A stretch of DNA of 64,000 bases from assembly GCA_905178155.1 (NCBI GenBank), contig CAJINV010000002.1, forward strand, positions 12,285,621 through 12,349,620, in the 5' to 3' direction. Shown in pieces: positions 38,701 through 51,929 of this stretch. The position numbers were made by a program, and so were the translations under genes. The DNA comes from Amoebophrya sp. A120. Lineage: Eukaryota > Protista > Dinoflagellata. The notes below the pieces were generated by a model that ran no database searches, was not told where the DNA came from, and was given only the letters and a program-made list of their open reading frames with translations. Each line of letters opens with the position of its first letter. Positions within the stretch are counted from its first letter, which is position 1.

Positions 38701-39742
38701 TATGCTATAGCTGTTTATATTTTTTTTTTTGGATTCAAACAGAACGCAAGTACAAGAGCTTACCTGAAGACTTGTGTCTGGTACCACTTTCCCGTATTTT
38801 CGTTGAGGCTGTACGCTGCGTACAGAAATGGATTGTATTCGCTCCTTTTGCAGTTCACGCCATGACTCTTTGGCCCCGGGTTTTTGACGAACTGGCAAAT
38901 TTGGATATTTTCAAATTTGTTCTTCGTCTTCACCGGTCTGTGTCAACATGAATTAACTACAATACATAGTTCGAGTTGAAAGATGAAAGTAGGTCGTGAA
39001 ATTGGAAAAAAAACTGAAATTATACCTTGTAGGGCATCCCTGCGGGTACTTTTCCGTCGAGTGATTCAGATATTTGTTTCTCGTAGTGGTCATATTTCTT
39101 CTCGTCGTGTCGCGTGCAGTACTCGTGCGTGTGACAATCGAAACACCTTTCCAGTTCGATCCAGACCCCGTTGTATGGGTTCTCCTTTGTCGGAGCCTCC
39201 GTGTCCGCCGGCATGCTGGGCAGTTGAAGTAGCTTCTACCTCTTAGGTCTACAACGTCAGACGAGCCGTAATGTGAGGCAGGTTGTCGTGCAAGTTGAAG
39301 TTAGTAGGAACTGCGAATTTGTCGGACGTTCCTCCGAAATAAGCTTGATGCGCCCTCGCTAACGCTTTCTCCAGTCTTCTACTTGTCCCCGCAAGAGTGC
39401 CGCGGGTGACTGCAGCTGATGTGGTCCTGTCGGGCCTCACCTCCAGACCAAGGCACTTTGTTGAGACATCTTGCTCCTCGTCGAGCCCGTCTCCTTCGAG
39501 AACACGGCTAGTTTTCTGATCGAAACAAACAAAAACGCGCAGTAGAAGTTCGATACTTACTTACCTTCGTTCTCTTTCAGTGCGACATGTATTAGCACCC
39601 GATTCTCAAACCATGACCAACAAACAGAAACATGAGCATGTGGAAAAATTGTATCGGGTGGTGTGTCTGACGCAATTGAAATTGTTGACATCGAGTGCGA
39701 AGGAATCGAAATCGACACACGAACGACCAACTGAGGAGACAC
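35790..39742 (-). CDS. Rdx (SelW/SelT/SelH-like thioredoxin fold) plus EF-hand protein, many introns (5' end uncertain)
   Basis: IELERCFDC...CTRHDEKKY, YPRIGAFEIF...VFSKLKKGKWP, and EF-hands DKNGDGQVNRKE, DTDGTGALAYQE, DADMSGFIDMKE. Stop at 35790. Confidence 0.7.
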
Positions 39743-40215
39743 AACTTGAGTGACACAGTAGACACTTTACGACCTAGTGCTGCCTGCTCTCACGACGATT
39801 GCTAGCTTGTCACTCACGATTACGAAATCGAAAACGCTGTTGACGGTGACGACCCTGTATAGTAACATTTCGAGTCAAGCTCGAGCTCGAGGTAACATTC
39901 ATGGGCCCTTGATACGGCGCATAGTACAGACTACATGGAACACGAAGAGAGAATCTAATATCTAGCAGCTCTTCTTTTCGTAAAATTTGGTCCATCGACC
40001 AGGGAGTGCAGCAATCAATCATACGTGCAGGTGAACGTGAAACGCAAAACCATCATTTGTCTAGAGGAAACAGAAACGTTCAATTCTACTACCAGATTGG
40101 AGGTGGTCAGCTCAGAAATCATTCATTCTACTTGGTCCGTCAAAATCATCGAAACAAAGTTCACCAAAAGATCCACCTCGGACAGTGGTTTTCATCTAAC
40201 AGGCACAGGACCGCA

Positions 40216-42860
40216 CTACAGAAAGGCGACCCCGAGCGCGCTAGACGATTCGGGAGAAGCGCCCTGTTGCTCGCTTCCAGCCAGCGGTTTTCCGAAGATG
40301 TCCAGGGATTCCTTCTGCAATTTCAAAACCGCGTTGGCTGCTTCTCGTGCTTGCTTGGCAAAAAGATCGGCTCGCTGGGTATACTCTTCCGCACGAGCAT
40401 ATGCTCTTCGCGCCTTTTCCAGGTCCATATCGGCACGATCGAGAATGAGCTTCGCTGGCCGCGGGTCGTCCAGGGGGTCGTACTCTGTTCATTTGTGCAA
40501 GAACAACGGTTTCAAACTCAAACGTAAGTATGAAGAGAGACACCACAGCACATCAAATTCAGCCCTTAGCAGCGCGTATCTTGTAGTTATGGTGTGCAAG
40601 TTTCAGGATACTGTGCAGACTATTTTTTGGCGGTGAATGACCAAAAGCGCGGGAAGTCGCGTAGCTAGTGTGACATTCAAAATCGCTCATAGGCAACATC
40701 CTTTCTCGTCATACTATCTTTCTGAAACAAGAAATAGCAATACTCTCTGCGCCAATGACTCCCATGACTCGCCCGTTTATCGGGTATTTTTTCCGCATGA
40801 AAATCCAATCTCGGTCCTCGGCCGTGATCGGATCCTTCTGCGCCGGGATGAAGATGTCCATGGGGTATTTGTCCACTTCCGTGATACGCAGCAAACCAAC
40901 GGCGGCCTTGATAAGCTGCATCATCAGCGTTGCCGCCGCGGGCGTGAGCTCGCTGAGGAACCACATAAAAAAGTCCCAGATCTCGCTGAAGGCCTTGAAC
41001 AGCATCTCCAGAAGTTGGAACGGGTTTGGGAGATTGTCGAGAAACACCTTCAGTATCTTAAAGGTGGCTTTTACCATGGCAATCAGCTTCGGGACCAGGG
41101 CCAACAGCTCGCCAATTTTCTTGATCACCACCTATCCCACAGAAAATCACCCTGCTCACCCAAAACTTGTATTATGATGCGAACAGGCGCTGGTGCAAAA
41201 AAAAATTCGGCTGCAGTACCTCATGCAAAGCAATGCAACGGAAGCGGAACGTCGCTTCCGCGCTACTACTTCACTTCTTTGCCCTGTTTGCAACATCACA
41301 ATATCCGTCTATCATCATGAAGGTGAAGGTGCAGACTTCACTGAGGATATTGCCTGTGCGGTTTTGATACAGGAGCCGACCAGTTTAAAGAACTGGGTTA
41401 TCGATAGGTCGTATGTCATCGCGGGCTTCGTGCCCAACATCAGTTTCCAGGGCTGGTAGATGAACGGCCGCACGTTCTCGAGCTTGGAAAGCTCCGCGGG
41501 TTTCAGGATGTGATGGTCGAAACGTGGTCCCGTTGGGTCAAAAATGGACTTCAGGTTCTTGATCTGGTCCAAAAAGTTCGAGGTGTCGGTCAGCATCCCG
41601 CTCCCGGCGCCCGCCAGGCCGCTCAAGGAATCGGCACCACCGTGTATGCCGTTCGTGATCGCGCTGCCCATGTCCACGCCCAGCGACTCGCCCGCGACCA
41701 TCCCCACGGTGGACGCAGACGCCCCGCCCGTCGCCCCGGCAGCGTATCAACTGTAAAAATGTCTGGGTCTGGAAGAATTCATGTTTGTCATGCTTGTCTG
41801 GCATGACTCTTAACTCTGTCATGCACGTTACCCAAGAGCTCCGTTTTTCTGTGATGCAGAGGCGCAGTTTGTCATGCAGAATAGGCAACACCTAGAAGCT
41901 CAGAAACTTGTCATGCTGAGCCAGCATTTGTAGCCTCATCATGAGACGCCACCCAGCATCACAAGTTCCCAGACCCAGACATTTTTACTTTTGATACAGC
42001 GAGAGTGAAGCCGACGAGGGGGGCCAGGTTCTTCGCACCCCCCTATCGAAAGGAAAAATCCCCCCTCCCCATATCAAACCGGAAATTTGTGATGCTGATT
42101 TGTGACCACAAATCAGCTTTGTCTTGCAGTATAGGAGTGCAGGCAGATACAAAGCCTGGAAGGGGCTGGCTAGAGGTGGGCGCCCAGCATGGCAGACGTC
42201 TGCCCTGTTGGTGCAGCAGCATGACAAATCGCCTGCGCAAAGCGGCGAAAGCTCTGGCTTTGCTCTCTTGCAAGACAAACCTGATTTGTGACCACAAATC
42301 AGCAACACAAATTTTCAAAAGGATGCCTTTTCGATATGGGGAGGGGGGATTTTTCCTTTTGATACCCCCGCAGCGTCCTTCATCGGCAGTTGCTTCTGTA
42401 AGGCCTGGCCGGCTTGCTGCAGCGGGGCGGGCAGGGCGGCCATCACGTCCGGACCAAAGCCGTCTTCCATCACGGAGGGCGGCGAAACGGAAAAATTTTG
42501 CGGCTTCAGCAAAGACATCGGGTCAAAGCCTTTGAAAAAGTCCATGGCCTCACTCAGCACAAAACTCGTCGTGGAGAGTCGCTGTGGTCGTTGCCTGGTG
42601 GTGGTTATTCTACCCGCAAGAGGTGGGGCCGGAAAAGAGGAGGACGAACTCGAGCTCGACGGGCATTGTCGTGTGGCATGACGAACACTTGTCGCACGCT
42701 TGTGCGAAATTGATGGGGTCGTGGGAGAGGAAAAGAAGCTCGAGAACAACGATGTCGCAGACGAGCCACCGTCGTCGCAGCTGGTTGTATCCTCGCCGTA
42801 CAAATGATCTGGAACGCCACTACCGCCTGGCCCCGAGATCAGAAACCGCGAGAGCACCAT
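40216..42860 (-). CDS. Hypothetical protein with amphipathic/hydrophobic helices, multi-exon
   Basis: ORFs 42315-42860, micro-exon 41997-42043 and 41315-41707 join in frame after removing two introners. Further ORFs at 40709-41131 and 40216-40428 are probably downstream exons. Confidence 0.6.
41745..41996. mobile_element. Introner family A variant (252 bp)
   Basis: Family A TIR. Direct repeat cagcg at 41740-41744 and 41997-42001. In-frame removal gives FTLAAGATGG. Confidence 0.94.
42044..42364. mobile_element. Introner family E (321 bp)
   Basis: About 35-bp TIR tatcgaaaggaaaaatcccccctccccatatc. Direct repeat ccccc. In-frame removal gives KDAAGGAKNL. Confidence 0.93.
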
Positions 42861-45374
42861 GATTGATGATGATGAAAACGCGCGGACTGAAACAACAAAT
42901 CTTTGTGACTTTTCACGTCAAATTCTACACGGCGCTTCTACCTTTAATACAGACAATGACAAATACAATATTATACGAAAACAAACATACCTACTCGAGC
43001 TAGCGCGTAATTGCTCCGCGATTTTACAAATGTCTATTCTTATTTCGCTCTGGGCGGGCCTCGCCTGGTCTGTCTCGCTCTCGTCTGACGCAGCTGATCC
43101 ACTATATAATTGTTGTCTGCTCCAACGGGGGCGATACGACCAATTGTCAACACTCGACGAGGGTAACGAACAGAAACATGGTCTCGAGCTCAATCCGAAC
43201 ACCACATCTTACATACGATGAGGGACAAAAATCAGCCAACTCAAATATCAGATGCCCACAGCCTTCCCCTATCGAATCTGCGCGTTTAGGATTTTCAAAT
43301 TGACATTGTACATGGGGACTCGAAGTTCGTGATGCTGGGCGTTCATTCTTCTGGCTTTTGTCGCACTGGCGCTTTGTTTTCTGCCCATTGATTGCGAAGG
43401 CTACAAGAGGTACAAGTAGGACGAGGAGCGAGAGCTTTTATACGTTACAATTAGTATCTTGTTTGCTCTCGCGGCTGTGGCCTATATTCCCAGGGGGGGA
43501 AATACATAGGTCGGACGATAAAATCGCTCGCGACCAGCTGAGCGAGCGAAGAGGGCGGCCCGCATGATCTTCACGTGTTGCTTACGACCCTCCTCACATG
43601 GCTCAGCTACGACTGTCGCAAGATCCATTCCGATACTTTTTCCTCCGTTCTCTACAGACGAGGTGGAAGAAGCTACCCCGGCTTATTTTAGTTCTTTCGT
43701 ATCTTATTGTATTAAATTCAGCGATGAATACGCTTTCTCGTTGCGGTGCATCTTGGTGTGGTTATAATCGGTATCCCTTAGTTACCCTTGTGCACAAGAA
43801 GTTTTCACAAACGTGAACTCGTTATAAGTACTTGTCTGTGGCAGAGAATACCGACCTACTACACACTTGATGGTTACGTTACAACCAGTGGCAGTCGCAC
43901 CGATCCCGACAGTGAAAGTAGCCGGGATTCAGCGCTTGCGCGCACACAAGTTCATTATTTTTGCGCTTGCTTCCGAGAGGTCTAAATCTCCTGACAAAAC
44001 ATACGTGTGTAATGCTATCTATGCCTGTGGTTCAACAACCTGCTTCGAAGCTGAGTTCTTCTTTGCATAGCACGCAACATCGTAGACTCGCTTGAAATGG
44101 AACTGCTAGCAAGCTAGCAAGCCGTTAGCATTTTTGATGCAAACAACACCAAGTAAATCTTCGTTTTTGTCGTGCCTGATGTAAGTATTCAGATACTCAG
44201 AAGTAGCAGAGAGATGTCTTGTTTCTCCATGATCTGCTGTTTATTTGCAAACCAGCTACAACTACATCTCCTACCGGCGATGTAAAAGCGGCGTTCTTGC
44301 AAAACAAGAACCAACAACAACGAAAGTCACGTTGCGCAGAGCGACCCGCCTAGACCTATCCAGTCGAGAAGCAGGCGTCCCTCGTAAGCGACAATCCATA
44401 AAAGACCGAGCACATACAGATTGGTTTACTGACGTAGACGTTGACGCAGATACAATCCTTTGAAAGTACGAGCGCCAGCGGTAAATAAATATACCAATAA
44501 CGGTGCAGCACAGGGAGAGCACAATTTATTGGCGCTCTTGTTGTATTCTCAAGAATTGTCAAGAACCTGTCAGAAGTTGTAATTGTTGTCATCCAAAATC
44601 TACAAATAAATGAGCTGTAGAAGAACATCATGAACATATGCTTTACTTGCGGAAAGCACTCCCTGTAGGCACATTTCTGGTCTCTATTTTTGTGCAACAT
44701 GTACTACTACTAAAAGTAGAAGTCCTCTATGTGCTGGCGTCATGAAAATTTTGATATACTCGTCGAACATTTACATTTATGTTTGCTAATATGTGTGTTT
44801 TACTTCTATGCCTGCGGTATCGGTAAGAAGTAACTAGCGTTATGGTCATGCAATTTCTTGTGTGGCACTGACTCGTCGCTTCGGTGCAGCAAAATTTGCA
44901 ATCAAAAACTTAGTACTTCTCCAAGATGGCGCACATAAACTGTTTCCACTAACACGAGCCTCTTCATCTGCGCAGTGACTACACAACAATGGACATCGCA
45001 TCGATCTACATCTTGTGTCTGTCACCTATGCGATTCTACATCTACGGTATTTTTTTGCGGCGCTCTGGGTTTTGTATTATTTGCAGCAACTTGGACTTGC
45101 TCAATCCACCTGTGAGGAACCTAAACCTATGGGCGATGTCGTAAGTATGTACATGTAGTATTGAAATTGATTCTTGATATAGTTGGTGGTGGCCGTGCCA
45201 ATGTTGAAAAGCACAACCACCCACTCGTCTTACCAAAAAAAAATTCCCTCCTGCTAGGTTCCGACAACCGGTTTCTTCGATGCTGCCTCTGCATTCATTC
45301 ATCATTGTCTTCGTGGGTATAAAGTTGTGTATTACTTGGACTACAAGAATGAACATTACCGCCTGGTGTTCCCT

Positions 45375-48300
45375 TTAGGATTGGAAGTACTGGTAGTCGA
45401 GGATGAAGCTCCAGAACTTGTAGTTTCCGGTGGGTAGGGGCTGAAAGACCGGGATTTCAACCAACCCGAAGCGGGTTTTCATCGCATCCACACCGTCCGT
45501 GCCCAGAGCGACGAAGGCCGTTCCGGCTCCGTAGATGATCTGAATGGCAGCGATGACCAGCAGGACCCAGTGAAAGATGCGTTCGCCAAGCGATCGCTCC
45601 GTCTTGTAGACGACGGCGTAAGCGAGGAGCGGGTAGGGAACCTTCACATTTATGTATTTTTACGGTAAACTCGTGTCTAGTATGGGCGGTATCGACAACA
45701 AGTTCCATCTGTAGAACTATTTTCATATTGATCAAGCTGCAATCCAATGGCGAGTACATCACACAATTATTATGAAGAACTGCGAGTCACCTGCCCAATA
45801 TGCAACCAAACCTAGCACGAACTTCGCGAAAAGTTAGAAGAGTACCTAGCTCTGATTCGCTATTTTTGGTCCTATGTAGTAAACGCAAAAACTCAGAAAA
45901 AGTACCTGAGTCAAAACACAGCCGAATGCCGCGACGAGATCGACGAGCTGGCCGAAAAAGGGAACGACCCACACGATCAGGGCGGCCATCCAGATGATTA
46001 GGGTACGGCAGACCTTCGATTTTCCCGGGGGCACGTCCTCCACGGTTTTTACCTTTGCGAACTTCATTTCCAGGTGCAGCAGCGTGCTGTTCATGATCAG
46101 GGCGAAGGAAATGAACACGTTAACCACGATCATCAGTGCGACCGTGATCCCCTGCCAGGAGGCGGCGTTTCTGTGGTTCGCCGGGTTCACAAAGTCGTGT
46201 CGCATGGAGTCTACGATACTGCTGTCAATCGCGGAGCCGTAGGTGAGGTAGCCGCAGATGCCGACCACGAAGTAGATGAACGCAATGGTGAAGGAGGACA
46301 TGAGGATGGAGCTGACAATGGTGCTGGGTTCGACCATGCTGGTGTACAGCGCGGGGATCATCATGACGAAGGTGAAACTGAAGAACACTTTGTTGACGGG
46401 GGCGACGATCCAGGACAGACTGGCGATGGTGGAGGACCAGCCAGAAATATTTTCGGTTCGCGAAGCGGGGAAAACCAGTTGGTTGGTGATCGGGAGATCC
46501 AGGAGAATTCCGTCCGCACTCTCGTTGACGACGCCCGCGGTCGTTGACGCGCTCGAGAAGTATGCGGGATACTGTTGTCGCCAGCTTGCTGTGTCATCCG
46601 CGGTGTAGGCCTCCGCGCACAGAACCTTTCTCGGCTTTTGGGTGGCTTGTGACTTGCTGTCGAGGTCCGGAACGATGTAGGTGAAGTGCAGTGTTTCGAA
46701 CGGTGCGGTCGTGGCGTCGGACTTGTATTCCAGCGTGCATCGGTTGTTGGCGCGGTCGACCCCGATGGCGGTCGGACCTGGAACGATGTCCTGCGGCAGC
46801 CGTTTTGCCGCGCTGCTCATGATCTGCAGCGCGTCCCGCTTGCCGTTCGCCGTGGACAGTGCGCGTTCCCGGGTCACCTCCTGCCAGGACAGGGTGTCGC
46901 GCTCGTCCGCCGACAGGGAGTCGTGAAAGTGTCGCAGCTTCTCCGTCAGGCCGGCCACCTTGATCGTCAGCAGCTCCACGTCAGCGGGCAATGCGTCAGC
47001 CCTGCTCGCGGCGGCGCACAACTCCTGATATTTGGCGCGGTCAGATTCCGCCTTCTTCCGGTCCTCATCACTGACAGTGGTTGTGTCGGTGTTTTTCGGG
47101 AGGGCGGGGTACCGCCAGTAATACAACGCGTAGTTGTCCATGCGCGTCAGCCAGCACCCATCAACGCCCTCCTGCGCCGCGCACACGAGCTCATTTTCTG
47201 GCGTTGCCGGATTGAGGCAGGCCTGCTCGATCTCCTTCAGCAGGGTGTAATCCGCGGCGACGGTGCCGTCTGGCCGCGTGTACTGGTAGGAAAGCTTGTT
47301 GCGCACAAATTCGGGCGGGGAAACCTCCTGACTTAAGTCCAGCGCACTCACGACTGGCAGCTTCTGCTTGGTGTCTGAAACTGCCACACGTTGCATGCGC
47401 CACTCGACCGGGCGGTCTTGCATAATCAGGTAGGAATTAAACTCGTTGCCGTTCGCTTTCGCGTTCCTCTCGCAGAAGTCCGCGTCCACGTCCAGCGTTT
47501 CGGGGATCGCGCCTGTAGTAGAGGTCAAAATAAAGTTGTGCGATGCTTGACCTTGCTCCTAACTGCAAAAGCCGTTTTATATATAAACCATCTTTACTAG
47601 AGAGCGAGAAACACAAACCAAAGTCGAAATTCGACAACTACAAAGTAGAAATACAGAAACTCCTCGACAACAAGAACAACAGAAAAATAATCGCTTGAAT
47701 ACTTCCATCCGTCGGCTTCTGAACGGCGACGCGTAAATATTCAAGAAAACCCTGCCACTCCGTTCTTCCGCTGTCCGCTTTTCGTGAGGTGTACCAGCTA
47801 AATTCACAGGCCTTCTCGCCATTCGTCTCAAAGTAGTAGGAGTCTCGCTCGTCCGGAAATGTGTCCCAGCGGAAAACCTCGCCGGCAATCCCGGTGCCAG
47901 AGAGCTCCACGACGGCGTCCTTCAGCAGGGTTATCCTTCTCGCCGACACGCTGGGCATGGTTATGGCGTTCTCAAACGTTACATTCTCAACTGTTACATG
48001 AATTTGTCGTGCAAAACTACCTTGAGCCGGTAGATGATCAAGCTGCTTCGCATGACAAATCTCCGAAGGGCTAAACAGCACCTAAATCGGTGCCAAATCT
48101 GTGATGCGAAAGCAGCAATTTTTGCACCTTTGACTGTTGCGGCTCTTGCATCGCAAATTCATATAACAGTTGAGAATGTAACGTTTGAGAACGCCATAAT
48201 GGTGTCGGGCGGGTTCTGCGTCAAGTCCCGGTGATACCACTGTCCGGAAATCCAGGCGACTGGGGTGTAAAACGCGGCCTCCGTGGCGGGGAATTTGTGC

Positions 48301-50575
48301 TCCTCTACGACGGTGCCATCCGCGTTACCGCCGGTCGAAAACGCCAAGGTCGCTTCGCCCCGCACGCCCTTTCCGGTGTCGCTCATTTTCACCAGTTCCA
48401 CCTTTCCGCTGTCCGTGAGCAGGCAGCTTTGGCCGTATTCACAGCTTCGGTAGGGGGCCCACTTCGGGAAGTCGAGGTACTCGTTGTTCACGTCGAAGGG
48501 CTGGGCTTTCATGTCCAGGACAAATTTCCCGCCCGCGGGCTGGTTTGCATCCTGGCTTACGGTTTGCAGTTTCCTGCCACTACTGATGTCCGGGTTCTCG
48601 CTGACGCCACGCGCACTGTCGGTACCCACCTCAGTGAGGCCCGTTCGTCCAAAGTAGTCGTTCACCTCGCCTTGCTGCGGACCAGCGAACAGCTTCAACA
48701 AGGAAGCAGACTCGGTGTAGGCAGGACCGTTGAAAGCGACCACTGTGAAAAGGAGTTAGTGTTTGGTGTATATTTATTTTTCCGGCAAATGCTAAACATG
48801 TCTTGTCTATAAGCAGCAAGGTCTCAGAACGCAGGAGAATCTGAATCAGGAACAGGAAGAGAGCGTGATTATTGAAAGTGAAAGTATACCGTACGTAAGC
48901 AAAATCATATTTTCGTGGCACAAAAGAAAACAATACTGGCATCATCTCCGGTCTTAGCTGGATTCAGGATGGAGTTGAGCGCAACCACCAAAATGACCAC
49001 GATGCAGCTGAGCCATGCTACAAAGGACACCCGCGCGAGCACGGACACGTCCCTCAACCAGCACAGGAAGGTAAGAATCAGGGCCACCGTCACAATCCAA
49101 CCGTTCTTCGTCAGAGCCGGAATGTAGTCGAACAGAATCACGAAGTTCATGGCCAGCAGCAGCATGAACACCGTTCCGACCAGAATAATGAAGGTATGGT
49201 AGAACTTGGAGTAGACTGTGATGCAAATTTATTTCGTAACATTTTATGAATTTATGTGTTTGAGGAAAAGCATAGCTGTACTTGTAGTACAACAATATCG
49301 GTACAAAAATGTATGAGCCTCAGCGTCCTTGCAGTAGTCAAAGTCAAATTTCGAACGTGAATGGAGATGAAAATCATAAAAGTTCAGTACCAGCCGCCCA
49401 GCACTTTCCGAACAGGACCTTTGTTAAAGATCCCATCTGCGACATATCCTCTTGATCGACATTCAGGTCTTCAATACGCTGCATCACTTGTGCCTTTTTT
49501 ATTGCCGCCACGATGGATGCAGCAGTGCAGCTGTCATATTTTTTCATTTGCATTTTATCAAGTTACTGATGTAATTTGATCGGCATTTGCAAAACGTTCA
49601 ACATCATTAAGTTTCTGCTGAAGATGGACATCACGAGGCCACGCAAAGACGAAGACTTTCTTGTTAGAGCGCTCCGAGGTGAAGCAGTAGGTGCAAAAAA
49701 ACATGTTCAAGTTCATCATCAAAAGAAAAAGATTTGCAGTTCCAGCACTGCAGCAAAAGTTGCAAATACAAGGCCAGGATGAAGATCGCTGGGACGTAAC
49801 CCGTGGACTGGAAAACGCTTGGAAGGGTAACGATACCGGCCCCGATGTATCAAATGTAAAAATGTCTGGGTCTGGAAGAATGCAACTTGTGATGCTGCGT
49901 TTCGATGACTAAAAAATTTGTGTTGCATGAGCAGCAAACAGAGTCTAATTTTTACTACGCGGAGAGGGCATTTGTCATGCGGAATGGGCATCAAGAATCC
50001 CTCAAAAAACCTGTGATGCTAGGGCATGCATTACAGGCATCATGGGTCATGAGAAATATGCATGACAAGTGTTGCATTCTTCCAGACCCAGACATTTTTA
50101 CATTTGATACGATGGCCGTTGTGACGATGGAAAAGATGGACTCCCACCAGGTCGTAGTCCTTCCGAATCCCGCGCCTGGGTCGGAAAGGGACCCCCTTGA
50201 TATCATATGCAAAAATGTCTGGGTCTGGAAGAATGCAACTTGTCATGCTATATCTGAAGCATGCAAAAATCTGTGTTGCATGATTACCAAAAGTCGTCCA
50301 GTTTTGGACAAGTCGGGAGGGAGTTTCTCATGCAGGATAGGCATGAGAGAGATCGCACAGAATCTGTCATGCTAGGTCCTGCATTCCAGGCTTCATGGGT
50401 CATGGAAAAGCTGCATGACAAATCGCGCATTCTTCCAGACCCAGACACTTTTACATTTGATACTTGACCTTGAGGAACCATCGCTGTCGCTCTCCGCATG
50501 GGACTGCAGAATGCTTTTGTGGCTTTTATACGAAATCCGGCTCAGCCCCGAGGGCGGGATCAGCGGTGCCGTTTC
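45375..50575 (-). CDS. Amino acid/auxin permease (Aa_trans, SLC36/38-like) with a large loop insertion; first exon not located
   Basis: TM1 motif SIFSIVTTAIGAGIVTLP (restored by introner removal), LCWLRDVSVLARVS, FSFTFVMMIP...M..P, VGICGYLTYG and VPFFGQLVDLVAAF. N-terminal ETAPLI fits an acidic dileucine sorting motif. Confidence 0.85.
47962..48198. mobile_element. Introner family B (237 bp)
   Basis: 45-bp TIR with 1 mismatch (tatggcgttctcaaacgttacattctcaactgtta[c/t]atgaatttg). Direct repeat atggt. In-frame removal gives PPDTMPSVS. Confidence 0.96.
49848..50109. mobile_element. Introner family A (262 bp)
   Basis: TIR tatcaaatgtaaaaatgtctgggtctggaagaatgcaac. Direct repeat cgatg. Splits the TAIGAG motif. 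Confidence 0.96.
50201..50462. mobile_element. Introner family A (262 bp)
   Basis: Family A TIR. Direct repeat cttga at 50196-50200 and 50463-50467. In-frame removal gives GSSRSRGSLS. Confidence 0.95.
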
Positions 50576-51359
50576 CTGTGAAGATCAAGATTTTGATGTA
50601 GTAGATGAATTGGCATTGGGTTCTGGAGGTTAATATGGTTTCTATCATGTAGGTTTTTCTCATCTTCATGATCATCCCAGCAGTGATTTTGAAAGCGTTC
50701 CATACGAGAGCAAAAAGATCAATACGCTCTGCCTGCTTTTTCGTGAAGGCATTTTGGTTCTTTTGTTTGCGGTTGCAAAGAGGCACGAGGCAAAACAAAC
50801 TCACATAGGTGGAAAGAATCGGTCGTAAGGTGGGAAAGCTTGTCAAGAGTTAGTTTTCATTTTCAATCTTAAGTAAGGTTATGTGAGTCGTGTCAACATG
50901 AATGCAGCGAGGTAGGAAAGCAGTACAAGTGGATGTCAGATCGCAAGTTGCATGCAACAACGTCTTCACATGATAAGACAAACCCTGCAGAACCATTCAA
51001 CTTCTAGGTTTTCATAAGGAAGAGCCTTGCTGAGCCAGAAACTCAGCTTGATCTTCCATTTTTTCTGCGCAATTGCAAGTTGAATTTGAAACCGACAAAA
51101 GTGTTGTACCGGATCCATAAGACGGAGCGCAAGATCTTTCAATATTTAGCAATGACCTTGTGGGGCTGTTTGCTGTCGCGATAGACTTTTTTTTCAAATT
51201 GATCGCAATTTTTGCAAACAGAGGCGCCTAAGCTAAGTACTTAAATACTTTACAAACGAAGCATTTACAGAATCTGATCATCTACAGCCCCCTTTCTTGC
51301 CTCTCAACAGATGGAAGGCTTGTTATTTGCGATCTGATGTATTCAGTACACTCTAAAAC

Positions 51360-51929
51360 TCAATGGCCGATCTGAATTATGAGCATGCCTCGACAGCATG
51401 GTTTCTGCCCAACACTACTTTGGCCTATCGTGCAAGACGCGCTCTGTTTGATGTGATCAGAACCGCAACAACGGCTTCTAGAATATTGCGATATATTGGT
51501 ATTGCGTTGTGTTTGAACCGAATGCAGCGAATCATCTTCCGTTCCATCAAGAATCATAGATGGCAACAGTATTTTTGCAATCTTGCGGTGGTTCTTTTGC
51601 GCCTCTCATCCTTCTCCCTCAAGTCTGGGGAGGTAGTTTAAGCTCATGACCACACAACCTGCAGAGAGCAGGAAGCTACATGAAACCCACTGGTTGGTTC
51701 CCGTGGCCGCAACGAAGCTTTCCCAGCCCGGGGGCGCGGCCTGTGCCTCTTTGCTTTCCATCGTCGCCAAAAACAGTATGAAGGAGAGCACCATCATCCC
51801 GGCGCCGCTAAGAAAAATGTACGCGCTGCGGCCGGCTCGGAAAAAGGCAAGAAGTCGCTGGACGGTGTTCTGTCTGTACTGGATCAGATATATCACGAAC
51901 TTCCGGAAATATTCTCGGAATACCGACAT
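51360..51929 (-). CDS. Possible small TM protein or exon(s), hypothetical
   Basis: ORF 51606-51929 has a hydrophobic helix (AYIFLSGAGMMVLSFILFLA). Boundaries are uncertain. Confidence 0.35.

Noticed and set aside
43220-45300. Possible gene or element in the long intergenic stretch
   Set aside because: Only short ORFs, with no motif, TIR or direct-repeat structure detected.
50261-50467. Similar short ORFs MQKSVLH... at 50261 (+) and 60270 (-), and recurring peptides ILPDPDIFT / FQTQTFLHL
   Set aside because: Translations of family A introner sequence. Frames are not conserved between copies.
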